A stretch of 64,000 bases of DNA from positions 43,541,331 through 43,605,330 of the forward strand of contig NC_068994.1 in assembly GCF_001194135.2 (NCBI RefSeq), read 5' to 3'. Below the pieces are notes generated by a model, which was not told where the DNA came from, did no database searches, and was given only the letters and a program-made list of their open reading frames with translations. Every line of letters starts with the position of its first letter. The first letter of the stretch is position 1. The translations under genes and the position numbers were made by a program. Below, in pieces: positions 1 to 12,125 of the stretch. Origin of the DNA: Octopus bimaculoides (taxonomy: Eukaryota).

Positions 1-287
1 TATATATATATATATATGTATATATATACATATACACATCAAAAGATACTCTATACATCTAACTTAACATGGATGCTGTGTGAGAATATTGCATTATTAG
101 CCTTGAGAGATGCTCTGATAGAGACATTTGGTGCATAAAAGCGCACACATAGATCATAGCAGACAAAATTTGCCTGTCATTGACACTGGAATTCTAACAG
201 GGCATCCATGTTTAGATTACTTTAGGTATTAATACTGCTTAAGATTACTTTTTGGTATTAAAACTACTTCCATCACAAATGATTAAC

Positions 288-623
288 ACATACATACATA
301 CATACAAACATACATACATACATACAAACATACATACATACAAGCATGCATACATACAAACATACATACACACATACAAACATACATACATACATACAAA
401 CATACATACATACAAACATACATACATACATACAAACATACATACATACATACATACAAACATACATACATACAAACATACATACATACAAACATACATA
501 CATACAAACATACATACATACATACAAACATACATACATACATACAAACATACATACATACATACATACATACATACAAACATACATACAAGCATACATA
601 CATACATACAAACATACATACAT
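288..623. repeat. Compound (CATA)n/(CAAA) tetranucleotide microsatellite
   Basis: Runs of 2-6 CATA units punctuated by CAAA variants; source of the spurious MYVC/HTYI ORFs. Confidence 0.95.
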
Positions 624-922
624 GATGGTTGTCTGCTCACTATGCAGAGTCTGACCACCTCTTCTACTTATACCTTAGATCTATCATGGCATCTGATGTG
701 GCTTTTTAAACCAGGCAATGTTTTGAAAAGACACCCACATAAATTGCATATCTGCTTTGGACCACCAAGAACTGCAGTTAGGCACTGATCTTTGAGGATC
801 TTAAAATGTCTTTTGAGGTATCCATTAGACTTGCAGACTTATGGCATAGATACCATTGACAGGTATGCACAGATAGATAGGAAGAGTAGTACATACATGC
901 ATACATACATATATATATATAC

Positions 923-961
<39 letters not shown>

Positions 962-1410
962 NNNNNNNNNNNNNNNNNNNNNNNNNNNNNNNNNNNNNNN
1001 NNNNNNNNNNNNNNNNNNNNNNNNNNNNATTATGCTTAAAAGAGTTCCAACACTGTCTGTTTTTTATGTTTTATTTATATTCCTGCAAAACCAATGTGGG
1101 ATATAGAATATGGAATATACAATATATAATATAATATACAATATATAATATATAATATAAAATATATAATATACAATATATAATATAATATACAATATAT
1201 AATATAAAATATATAATATAATACATATATAACAAAAATCAAAGTGTATGACAGATTTCGTAGTTCCTTTAACATAATACATAAAAAATTCATTGAGATG
1301 TTAGGTTTCAAGTGCTCCAATATTACAATCCAAAGAAAAGCAGTATTACAAATCCTTCCAATCATTTCAAGGAATGCATTTGTATTGGGCGAATTTTCCA
1401 GCCAATACAA

Positions 1411-1844
1411 ATGGTCACATTTCTCTCATCAGAGGTAAAAATAAATCGATTAAAATAGTTTCAAAATTGAGAAAGCTTAAAATATCTCCTGCTTACAGAA
1501 CTTGAAGTCATATCAAGTAGTGTTATATTTTTTAAAACATGTTATAGTATTTTTAAAAAGGATATAGAAAGGCTTTGTGAAGTGGAAAATGTTCTGAAGT
1601 AAAACATTTGTGCGAATGAAAATGAACTTTAAAATATTTGTAAAAATAAAATAAAATGAGTCCACTTCACAAAGCCATTCCATATCCTTGCGAACTTTTT
1701 TAAAAATACAATAATATTTTTAAAGAATATAACACTATTCAATATGATTTCAAGTTCTGTAAGTAGGAGATATTTTAAGCTTTCTCAATTTTGAAACTAT
1801 TTTAATCGATTTATTTGTACCTCTGATGAGAGAAATGCAACCAT
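1411..1844. mobile_element. Fold-back MITE-like element (~175 bp inverted arms, ~74 bp spacer)
   Basis: 1418-1586 (CATTTCTCTCATCAGAGGTA...GCTTTGTGAAGTGGA) is the reverse complement of 1661-1837 at roughly 90% identity with one 9-bp indel; no coding capacity; no clear TSD. Confidence 0.8.
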
Positions 1845-2205
1845 GGATTTAGTTATTTGGCAGGACATAACAGATCAGATTCCTGGCTTTGAACTAGCAG
1901 GATGTCATGCAGAGGATCTTGAATACAAGACAATGGATGAGACCCTAATATTTCTAGTTAAATGGAAACTGTGGGACCACATGGAGCAGCACCCTGTGAC
2001 TCCTATAGTATGCACAACCGAAACCCCTATGATTGGGGTGTCCTGTAGGATGACCTAGATGAGATAAGATTGGCAGGACTTGAACTCAGAATGTAAAGAG
2101 CAGTAACTAAATACAATTAGGCATTTCGGCCACTGTTCTAACATTACTGCCAATCCACTACTCTGAGATCAATGAAATACTACAACCTGTATTTTGCACA
2201 ACATA

Positions 2206-2422
2206 CAAGGGGTGCTCGAAAGTTTCTGGCTTTGGACAAAAGAATATATAAGAGAATCAGTTAATTATGATTTTATTCAACATATTCCCCTTTCAGATTC
2301 ACACACTTATGGCAGCAGTCCTTTAGTTTTTCTAAGCCCTGTAAAAGAACTCAGAAGGTTGGGCCTCCAACAAGGCTTTTCATGATACCCTTAACGCCAG
2401 GAACTTTTCAGCACCCCACTCA
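2206..2422. mobile_element. Mariner-type MITE (217 bp)
   Basis: TIRs CAAGGGGTGCTCGAAAGTTTCTGGC / GCCAGGAACTTTTCAGCACCCCACTCA flanked by TA on both sides; resembles the TACGAGGG-type mariner terminus. Confidence 0.75.
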
Positions 2423-2649
2423 TATATTCTTCACATTAGACACCTGAAGCTAAAAAGAAACTATAAAAGAAGTATAAAAAAACTGCATTATGTATGTATG
2501 TATGTATGTATGTATGTATATATGTATGTATGTAGGTGTGGGTCTATATATGCATGCAGGATACATGCATGCCTGTATGTCTGTGTGTCTGTCTGTATGT
2601 ATGTATGTATGTATATTTTATGTATGTGTGTATCATTGTGCTCTGTGTT

Positions 2650-2822
2650 TTTTTATAACCCCATAACATTAGTGGTTCGGCAAAAGAGACTAATGGAATA
2701 ATTACAAAACTTAAAATAAGTTCTGGGATTTATTTGTTCAACTAAAACCCTTCAAGGCAGTGCCCCAGCATGGCCACCATCCAATGACTGAAACAAGTAA
2801 ATGATAAAAGATAAAAGTAAGA
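2650..2822 (+). mobile_element. SINE family b, 3' half with LINE-like tail Z
   Basis: TTAGTGGTTCGGCAAAAGAGAC...CCTTCAAGGCAGTGCCCCAGCATGGCC...GACTGAAACAAGTAAA; the same block recurs at 4810-4975 (-), 53575-53765 (+) and 62535-62770 (-). Confidence 0.75.
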
Positions 2823-3174
2823 TAATAGACATGAATACTCTAGGTGTTCTTGTGCTAAATTATTCTTATTATATTCTCAGCTGGAAGCTAAGTGGAATAC
2901 CTAAGAAAGACAAAATTAGAAATGAAAATAATTATGATTGTATTTGAAGTACACAACTCAAAAGCCAATATTAAAGTTTATATTTACTATAGATACAGTG
3001 AGATAAAATAAATCCTGTATCTATGAAATTATCATGAAATATCTGTGGAATTATCATAAAATACTTTTTGTAGTACTGTAGAACTGTCATGCTACAAAAA
3101 ATATATGGGAAAAAAAATAAAAGGAAACAAAATCTAAACGAAGTATGAAGGTGTTTTCAGTCTCCAACAAGGCT

Positions 3175-3224
<50 letters not shown>

Positions 3225-3226
<2 letters not shown>

Positions 3227-3652
3227 GCCAAGCTGAAGTGACAGACAGTCTAAAGAGAATAGAGACAATATCAGAAACTGTGATAAAAAGCTAAAAGTTA
3301 AATTGAAAATATAATTATGAAGTGTTTTGCTCAGACATAAGCAAATGAAAAGAAAAGGATAAAAGAATACAAAGTATCTACGTGACCAATACCACAGAAG
3401 ACTGCACAATTCAGATGTGTAAACTATTAAAAAAGAATTCAGTATTGGTTGAGAAGTTCAAGGCTGAAAGCTAAAATTGAAGAGTTTCGTCTATTGCAGT
3501 ACGGAATGAAAGCCTTCTCACCGGATGCATTTCAAAAGCACCTAATAAATCTGAATACAAAGAGTAACTACGAAGTATGTGGAGGGTTTAGAAGAAAAAC
3601 ATTCAATCATATTGTTTCTAACTGCCTCATCTCAGCCAAAATAAGGTATGTA
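3225..3652 (+). mobile_element. Decayed R4/Dong-like RLE non-LTR retrotransposon ORF fragment (post-RT region to CCHC zinc knuckle)
   Basis: Translates as L(H)..YHRRLHNSDV..QYWLRSSRLKAKIEEF...FQKHLINLNTKSNYEVCGGFRRKTFNHIVSNCLISAKIRY, matching the W-L-x-S-S-x-L-K-x-E-T-E-G ... C-x2-C ... ETxxHIxSxC motif of RLE LINEs; contains stops and frameshifts; flanked by (TA)n/(TG)n. Confidence 0.75.
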
Positions 3653-3696
3653 TATAAATGTGTATGTGTGTGTGAGTATGTGTGTGTATATATGTC

Positions 3697-3732
<36 letters not shown>

Positions 3733-4122
3733 NNNNNNNNNNNNNNNNNNNNNNNNNNNNNNNNNNNNNNNNNNNNNNNNNNNNNNNNNNNNNNNNNNNN
3801 NNNNNNNNNNNNNNNNNNNNNNNNNNNNNNNNNNNNNNNNNNNNNNNNNNNNNNNNNNNNNNNNNNNNNNNNNNNNNNNNNNNNNNNNNNNNNNNNNNNN
3901 NNNNNNNNNNNNNNNNNNNNNNNNNNNNNNNNNNNNNNNNNNNNNNNNNNNNNNNNNNNNNNNNNNNNNNNNNNNNNNNNNNNNNNNNNNNNNNNNNNNN
4001 NNNNNNNNNNNNNNNNNNNNNNNNNNNNNNNNNNNNNNATATATATATATATGATATCAATAAACAAATGCACACACATACATACATGTATATATGTATT
4101 TAATATATGTATAGATATTAGT

Positions 4123-4303
4123 AAGCACCCACTACACTCTCAGAGTGGTTGGCATTAGGAAGGGCATCCAGCTGTAGAAACTCTGCCAAATCAGATTGGA
4201 GCCTGGTGTAGCCATCTAGTTCATCAGTCCTCAGTCAAATCGTCCAACCCATGCTAGCATGGAAAGCGGACGTTAAACGATGATGATGATGATGCTGATG
4301 ATG
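4123..4303 (+). mobile_element. SINE/LINE-tail family c (GAT-tailed)
   Basis: GCACCCACTACACTCTC.GAGTGGTTGGCATTAGGAAGGGCATCCAGCTGTAGAAACTCTGCC...GGACGTTAAACGATGATGAT; close copies at 44575-44700 (+) and 47938-48098 (-), diverged copies near 31625, 31990, 40600, 51470 and 56100. Confidence 0.8.
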
Positions 4304-4809
4304 TATATATCTTACTGTTCTGTTAAGGTAAGATCAACAAAATGAGTACTCTATCCAGTAAGAGATAAATATCATTTAATATACCCAGTTTATTAGTAGC
4401 TTGTATCTTTATACAGTGTACTTTAAATGACATATATATATATATATATATACATATGTATTGATTTATAAAAATTAATATAAACAGTATTGCACAATGT
4501 GTTACCAAAAAGGAAAACTATAAATGTCACTAAATGTGACTGAAGGGTATTAGAACATTGCCAGAAAAAAGAGCTAAAATTCTCTCAAGCTGTAGTTTAA
4601 GCACATAATGGTATACATATATATCCTGAGAGGGACTGTAATCACCCAAACACCGATCAAGAATTCCTTATACAAATCGATCAGTTTTGTCTATTTCCAT
4701 GGTGTTGTCAGTAAAGACTGCTCGCTCGGCTGATTCTGGGTGTAATTCTCTCTCAACATATATGTATCCACCATAAAAATTTATGGATGATTTAGCAAAT
4801 CGCTAATAT

Positions 4810-5190
4810 ATATTCTTTATTTTACTTGTTTCGGTTGTTATTCTATCGCCATGCTGGAGTACTACATTGAAAGGTTTAGTCAAACAAATTAAACCCAGTC
4901 CTCAATATTTTTTATTATAAGTCTACTACTTATTCTAACAGTATCATTTGCTGAATTGCTAAGTTACAAGGACATACACAAACCAACATTCGTTCTGAAG
5001 ATACATGCACATGCACACACACACACACACATACACGCACCCATATTCACAAGGAGCTTCCACACAGTTTCCATTCCATCTACCAAATTCACTCACAAGG
5101 CATTAATCAGCCTGCGGCTACAGTAGAAGACACTTGCCCAAGGTGCCACACAACGGAAGTGAACCTGAAACCAAACCACACAGCCATGCC
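4810..5190 (-). mobile_element. SINE family b, near full length, antisense
   Basis: Reverse complement gives a partly deleted tRNA-like head, central GGCACCTTGGGCAAGTGTCTTCTACT motif, internal (TG)n and tail Z. Confidence 0.7.
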
Positions 5191-6036
5191 TGCACTATCA
5201 TTATCACCATCATCATTGTCATCATCCTCATCATCATCATTGACAGCAGCATTGTCATCAGCAGCAGCAGTATTATTTTAAGGTTCACTTTTCTCTGCTT
5301 GCATGGGTCAGATGAGATTTGTTGAGGCAGGATTTTCTACAACTGGATGCCCTTTTTCTCACCAAGCCTTACTGGTTTCAAAGCTAGCTACTATTTCTCC
5401 TAGTTCTTCAAACAATAAACAGCTCAACATAAGTTTTCACAGAAGTCTATGAATGATGCTATTTGTATGAACAGCAGGAGGAGGAGGATAAAGATGATGA
5501 CGATGACAATGGGAAGAACAGCAGAGCCAGCGATTGTGATTCCATTCTTTTAAAAACTTTTGTGACCATTTTATATTTANNNNNNNNNNNNNNNNNNNNN
5601 NNNNNNNNNNNNNNNNNNNNNNNNNNNNNNNNNNNNNNNNNNNNNNNNNNNNNNNNNNNNNNNNNNNNNNNNNNNNNNNNNNNNNNNNNNNNNNNNNNNN
5701 NNNNNNNNNNNNNNNNNNNNNNNNNNNNNNNNNNNNNNNNNNNNNNNNNNNNNNNNNNNNNNNNNNNNNNNNNNNNNNNNNNNNNNNNNNNNNNNNNNNN
5801 NNNNNNNNNNNNNNNNNNNNNNNNNNNNNNNNNNNNNNNNNNNNNNNNNNNNNNNNNNNNNNNNNNNNNNNNNNNNNNNNNNNNNNNNNNNNNNNNNNNN
5901 NNNNNNNNNNNNNNNNNNNNNNNNNNNNNNNNNNNNNNNNNNNNNNNNNNNNNNNNNNNNNNNNNNNNNNNNNNNNNNTATATATATATACATATATAGA
6001 TAAACATGTATGTGTGTATGTATATATATATAAATT

Positions 6037-6069
<33 letters not shown>

Positions 6070-7462
6070 TATGTATATATATATATACTCACATATATAT
6101 AAATGTACGTATATGTACATGTATGTACATTTATGTATATATATTTATATATGTGTTTATGTATGTTTGTATATACATACACACAGACACACATATACAC
6201 ACACATTAATATTTACATGCATACACAGGTGTGTTCATGTATGTATGTATGTTCGTATCTACATCTATGTACTTATAACTTAGTCAATGGGAGCTTGTTT
6301 GTCAATAAAATAATGTTAATGTTATAATTACAGAATATTTTTATAATCAATGCTATGTCCCAATGAGTTACACATAGGTAATATATTTATTGTATTATTA
6401 TGTTATAAGTATCAGTATTTTATTTATTTATTCATATATACATATATATAATTTATTTCTGGTATGATTGAAATATAATTTAATTGATGTGTATTAATTG
6501 TTGTTATTGCTGTAATTTATTTTCGATGTCATGTAACTTGAGGTGCAATCCACTCTCATCTCTTTTTGTACAACAGGAACAATAAATTGAATTTCAAGCA
6601 CACTCAGCTCTGTTTGTATACAGCGTCAATAAATTGAATTCAAGTGAAATTAAATTAAAACAAATACATTATTTATAAAATGTCCTTACTACAGGGGTTA
6701 ATTGAACATGCACATAAGAATTTAAGTCAGTATATATACCAAGAGATACATATATTGGAATGAATGCAAACACACATATCAGTGCTACATGTGTGTGTGC
6801 ATGTGTATGCATGTATATGTATGTGCATATGTATTTTTGTGAATGTATGCATATGTTTGTATGCATGTAGATATGTATGCATAGGTGTATTTGTATTACA
6901 CATAAACATGATATATGTATGCACATAAACATCAGCTTCTGTGTATGCGATTAGATTTGTTTGTAAAGATGTCAGTTGGTGTATGAACAGAATATACACT
7001 AATATGTGAATTTGTCTATTTATATCTGTGTTTCTGCACATATGCATGTTTCTGTATATTTTTGTACATACATTGCTTGTGTGAATGTATGCATGTTCCC
7101 GTATGTCTTTGTATGCATACACTCATACCATGCATACCATACGATCTATATATACATGCATATATACATACATATATATCATAGATACTATAGATGCATA
7201 CCATTTATCTGTCAGTCTGTCCATACATGCATTCCTTCAAAAAAGTAAACATACATGCATACATACAAGTATACACACAAACATGCATACACACATTCTT
7301 ACATGCTACAATACATAAATGCATGCATACAAACATGCAGATATTCAGCCAGTCAGTAAGTCATCTATCCAGCCAGCCAGCCAGCGAGCCATCTATTCAT
7401 CCATCCATCCAACCAACCAGCCAGCCAGCCAGCCAGCCATGCATACATACATACATACATGC

Positions 7463-7842
7463 ATCTCTTTGAAAATCAAAGAAAAAGAGGATATCTATGG
7501 ACAACTGCTTCAAAACCTCCAGCTTCTATATCCTGACTACGAATTCATATTCATACCAATAGTAATTAGAACACTACTAAATGCTCCAATTATTATTGTT
7601 AGTAAATGCTTAAAGGAGAATCTGGATAAACTTGGATTTTCAGAAAGAGAAACTGACTGGCTGATTCGTACATTACAAGTGCAATCTGTGAGTGGAACAG
7701 TAAAAATATGCAAGACTTTTCTCAAGTTCCAAGTGTGAATTTGTCTGTGTTAACTACGTCCCAAAGATGGAGCTTTGTGTCTTTGTTGGAAACTGGGTCC
7801 CTCCTCAGTGGAAGAGTTATAATAATTAAAGAATAGAAGAGG
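7463..7842 (+). mobile_element. 5'-truncated RLE (R4/Dong-like) non-LTR retrotransposon 3' end inside (CATA)n
   Basis: ORF end ISLKIKEKEDIYGQLLQNLQLLYPDYEFIFIPIVI...CLKENLDKLGFSERETDWLIRTLQVQSVSGTVKICKTFLKFQV* (stop 7736-7738) has the K..KY..L / FIPIV.G / LQ....GT.KI motifs of the restriction-like endonuclease C-terminus; ~100 nt 3'UTR runs directly into (CATA)n; (CATA)n also lies 5'. Confidence 0.8.
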
Positions 7843-7900
7843 CATACATACATACATACATACATACATACATACATACGTACGTACATACATACATACT

Positions 7901-8120
7901 CAGTCTCTTTCTCCCAGTCATTTCATCATGTTGAACTTTTAACCCCTACACATTTTTTTCTGTCGCCATTGTTTTTTTTTTACCTCTCAGCCCCTCCTGT
8001 CAAAGTGCATTCGCTCTAAACATCAAAGACTTTCCCATTCTTCCTGAGCATCAAACTAATACACCTGCTTGTCATTCCCTCACTTGTCTTTGTCTTTTTT
8101 ATTTCTCTAAATTTGAACTA
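7901..8120 (+). mobile_element. Penelope-like element 3' terminus (decayed)
   Basis: Homologous to 37562-37765 (ACCCCTACACATTTTTTTC...AAACATCAAAGACTTTC...GAGCATCAAACTAATACAC...GTCTT.GTC); bounded by CATA/TACA repeats. Confidence 0.6.
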
Positions 8121-8303
8121 TACATACATACGTACATGCTTGCATACATATTAATATGATTCTATATAATAGAAAAAAACCACTATTCAACAAAAATTTG
8201 AGGGTAAACATCAGTAAAAGACTGCAGGATTTTAATTGTAGAATAGCTAGAATACCAGAGAGCTTGTGATAGTAAACTCTAGGAGTGAATTGTCAATATA
8301 TTA

Positions 8304-8448
8304 CGCCGGCAGCGGCGGCGGCAGCGGCGGTGGCAGCGGCGGTAGCGGCGGTGATGGCGGCGGCGGCGATGGAGGCGGCAGCGGTGGCAGCAGCGGTGGT
8401 GGTGGTGATGTTGATGGTGATGATGATGGTGATGATGATGATGATGAT
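8304..8448. repeat. Triplet array grading GGC/AGC > GGT > GAT
   Basis: In-register trinucleotide array; abuts (CATA)n. Confidence 0.9.
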
Positions 8449-9750
8449 ACATACATACATACATACACACACATATACGTATGTATGTATGTACGTATGT
8501 ATGTATGTATGTATATTATTAACCACATTAAAAAGCGACTGGATCTCATTACCCAATATGTCACTGAATATTGAGTAATGAAATTTAGTTTGTAATGAAA
8601 TTTAGTCAGTCCAGACATATAAACATGTATGCAGACAGTCATGCATGCATACATACATTACATACAGATATACATAACCAGAAAAGAAGCACCCTACATA
8701 CCACAAAAAGGTTATGCATGGGTGTGTTTCCCCTAAACATGAGAAGGAAGATTATTTAAAATAAAGACAAGGGTAAATGAATATCCCAGAAAACAAATAA
8801 TAAATGAATAATCTTGTTATAAAGGAGAGGGTGAATTCATGGCACGCAGGGAAGAAAGGGGTAAAACAGAGGAGAAAACAAGAGGAAAAAGAAAAGGAAA
8901 AGAAGAGATTGTAGTTTAGTTAAAGATATTGTTAGTTACAAATTACAATTTTTACCATATATGGATAAATATATTATACATAGGAGAGATAGAAACGACC
9001 AGAAAGCATGTATTATTAGACAGGGAAACTAGATAGATGGAGATCTAAAGGCATTATTACTGAAGGGCACAAAAATGGCAAAAGCGACACAGAAAAATAT
9101 GTTGGTTGAAATATAATGGACAAAATCCAGTTTCGAAATAGTAAAGAATTGAAAAAAAATATTTTTAGGAATGTCTAACACAAAAATTCAGTCCAATTAA
9201 TTCAAAGTAGGAGTGATAATTTTTAAAAAGTGAGAAATAATATAAAATGCAATGATATAATATAATTAATGTATATAAGCTATATCCCAGTCAATATCTA
9301 AGATGTTGACTCTGTTAAGTTTCATGTTAACTGTGATCCTTAAGCCCATAATGGAAGAAAGCAATAAGGTCCTTCCTAACACTATCCAGCTCGCGTGCAT
9401 TTATATTTGCACATAACAATAAGGCCATCACCTCTATATATACATGCATTTAAATATGGGAAATTGTATTTATAAATAACGCAGAACATCTATAGGTATG
9501 CATAAACTTACTCTGTCACATGCAACTTAAGGTGCATCTAATGATTTATCGCTATTTCTCTTAACCCAGGTAGAGCTGTTAAAAAACAATAATGGTTTCC
9601 TGACATGCAAGATGATGCCAATGTCAGAGGCACTGATGGGCACATATGCTTTTGCAAAATCTAGGTCTTTTAGTAGCAGATTTCTTGTTATAGATGAGTA
9701 AAAGTCTATGATATCAAACTAAGAAAACTCACAGTTCTGTTCATCATTAA

Positions 9751-9885
9751 CCCTTTGAGCCTGTAAAACAGGTTATGGGTGGATGACTTATTTTTCTCTA
9801 CACCATAGCACTGCTCTACCAGTGGAGTGCATCAGGAAGCCAGGTATATGGTCAAATAAGGTTCAAGAGGTCAGGGCCCAAAGGG
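9751..9885. mobile_element. piggyBac-type MITE (135 bp)
   Basis: TTAA|CCCTTTGAGCCTG ... CAGGGCCCAAAGGG|TTAA: TTAA duplication and CCC/GGG termini. Confidence 0.8.
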
Positions 9886-11279
9886 TTAATGTTCTCAACC
9901 AGCTAATGACAGACTTGCTGATGTCCCATAAGGGGAGTTCTATAACGCTTCTAATCCTTTGTAAGAGAGACTCTAAAATGTGAATTATATCTATTTCAGT
10001 CTTAGCCAGGTTTATAAACTTACATTTAAAGTTCCTCTTTAAAGTAACTTTGTGGTACTTATGGGTAATAAAAGGTTAGCTTAGGGAAAAATAATTTGCG
10101 CTCTCACTAACATTTAAGCTTGTAGTAAATTCTTTGTTTTTAAATTCACCTAATTTTGTTGAATTTGGTCTGCTTTCTCATAAGTATCAGTTGCACTATT
10201 AGTGAAGAGTGGGAATCAAAATTTCTTCATGGAAATATTGAGATAATAAAAGTATTGTCATCATCATCATTATCATTGTCAACACTGTTGCCACTGCCAC
10301 CACCATCGCCATCGTCATTACCATCACCACTAACATCACCATCATTATCATCATCATCACCATTATCATCGTTGCATGTCCATACCTAAAGAGTTCTATC
10401 TCCCTTGCACATTAAGATTTCATCACTCAGCTCATCAGTACTCCATCACTCATTCACATTAACATTACTCATCCATCAGAACATGCTCATCATGTGAAAA
10501 TTTGCAGGAATGAGAAACAATGAAGTATTTTTTTAAACAAACACATTCAAGCTTGTATAAAGAAACTGTTTCACTGATGAAAATAAATGCTAATACTATA
10601 TACATTAAATTCCTATTGTTATTATTAACAGCAAAAAAAAAAAAAAGACGAAGAAGAAGAAGAAGAAATTACCATTTGACATAGATCTAGAGATAATTAA
10701 ATAGATAATTGTTCTGCACTAACAAAGCCACCACCCAAGTTGACGACAGTGAGAAGTTTAGTGTAGTTGCTTGACCTCAACAGTCTAGTTATCAAAACTC
10801 TTTAACATTTCTAACGCAGGGACCACATTTTAAGAATCCTATATTACATGACTGCATGCAGACATGAAATAGTGTATGTTAAACTGCTGCAATAAAAAAA
10901 CCAAAAAAGTAAGTTCAGAGAATCTTGGTGAATAAGTCAAATAACTGTTTGTAACAAAGGCTCGGTGGGGCCCAGAAATTTGCGAGGAAGAAATTAGTTG
11001 ATTATAGTGATCCTAGTGCTTGCCTAGTTCTGTATTTCATCAACTGCTGAGGGACGAAAGATGAAGTTTGATCTCAGTGAGATTTAACTTCAAAATGTGA
11101 AAAGGGTTGGAAAAATTATTATAAGGAATTTTTTATGATGTTCTAAGAATTCTGTCATTTCATTGCCGTTTATGATTTGTCAGATGACAATCGTCATCAT
11201 CATCATTATCATCATCATCAACATCATCATCATCAATATTGCCGTTGTCACCACCACCACCACCACCACCATCTTCATC

Positions 11280-11529
11280 ATCATCATCATTTAACTTTCA
11301 CTTATCCATGCTCGCATTGGTCACATGGAATTTGTTGAGGTAGAATTTCTACGGCTGAACGCCCTTTTCATACCCGTTTCCAACCCATACCGGTTTCAGA
11401 ACAAGGTAAATATTCCCCCATGGCCAAACATGTTTTCTCCATTGCAGACCAGCAATGAATATCATCATTTGTATGATGGTGATTCTCATTTTCCAACCCT
11501 CATGTGATGTCAAGACAAGGGTACACTCA

Positions 11530-11586
<57 letters not shown>

Positions 11587-11722
11587 TCACATACATTTAT
11601 ATACACATACATATACATATATATATGACAGGCTTCCTTCAGCTTTTGTCTACCAAATCCACTCACCAGGCCTTACTCAGCCCAGAGCTACAGTAGAAGA
11701 CACCTGCTCAAGGCATTTTTCA
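11280..11722 (-). mobile_element. SINE family b with GAT-ending tail W, antisense
   Basis: Reverse complement matches 60420-60850 (central CCTTG.GCA.GTGTCTTCTACT, internal (TG)n, TTGTCTTGACATCA...GGGGAATATT.ACCTT...(GAT)n). Confidence 0.7.
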
Positions 11723-11924
11723 TAGCAAAACTAAATGAATATAGACAGGAGCCCATAAAATGATTTATCAAATGTTATCCTGATCCAAGCATCATTATTG
11801 TTGTCACTGTTGCCAAAGTTATTTTATATTAGCTTTCTAGAGTGACATGGATGGGTTGGATGGGTTGGATGGGTTGAATGGTTGTCACAGTCTGAGTCAT
11901 TTTGATCTGGTAGAGGAGATACAT

Positions 11925-12125
11925 GGCTTAGTGGTTAGGGTGTGGATTTATGATTGTAAAATTGTGGTTTTGAATTCTGGACCAGGTGAAGCATTGTGTT
12001 CTTGAACAAAACACTGCATTTCACATTGCTCCAGTCTTTTCTGCTGGTATAAATGAGTGACCCTGCAATGGACTGGAGTCCAGTTCAGGGAAGAATATAT
12101 ATGCCAGAGAAACTGGGAAACCAGT
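11925..12125 (+). mobile_element. tRNA-derived SINE family e (V/Meta-like central domain)
   Basis: A-box-like GGCTTAGTGGTTAGGG, degenerate B box, central TTGTGTTCTTGAACAAAACAC; antisense relatives at 21945-22195, 25426-25712, 33820-33975 and 38500-38762. Confidence 0.6.

Noticed and set aside
624-890. Possible RLE C-terminal remnant (RTAV..GT..RILK) between CATA arrays
   Set aside because: It needs several frameshifts to match; too decayed to call, though it would fit the CATA-targeting idea.
1244-1410. ORF KKFIEMLGFKCSNITIQRKAVLQ resembling an RLE LINE end
   Set aside because: Similarity is weak and the ORF runs into the fold-back element.
1843-2058. 71-aa ORF MDLVIWQDITDQ...
   Set aside because: No recognisable domain or splice context; length expected by chance.
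4617-4762. Imperfect inverted repeats suggesting a small TA-flanked MITE
   Set aside because: The arm match relies heavily on TA-rich sequence; not convincing without other copies.
6570-6646. Duplicated CAATAAATTGAATT(T)CAAG with AATAAA, suggesting tandem poly(A) sites
   Set aside because: No upstream exon identified, and AATAAA is frequent in this AT-rich DNA.
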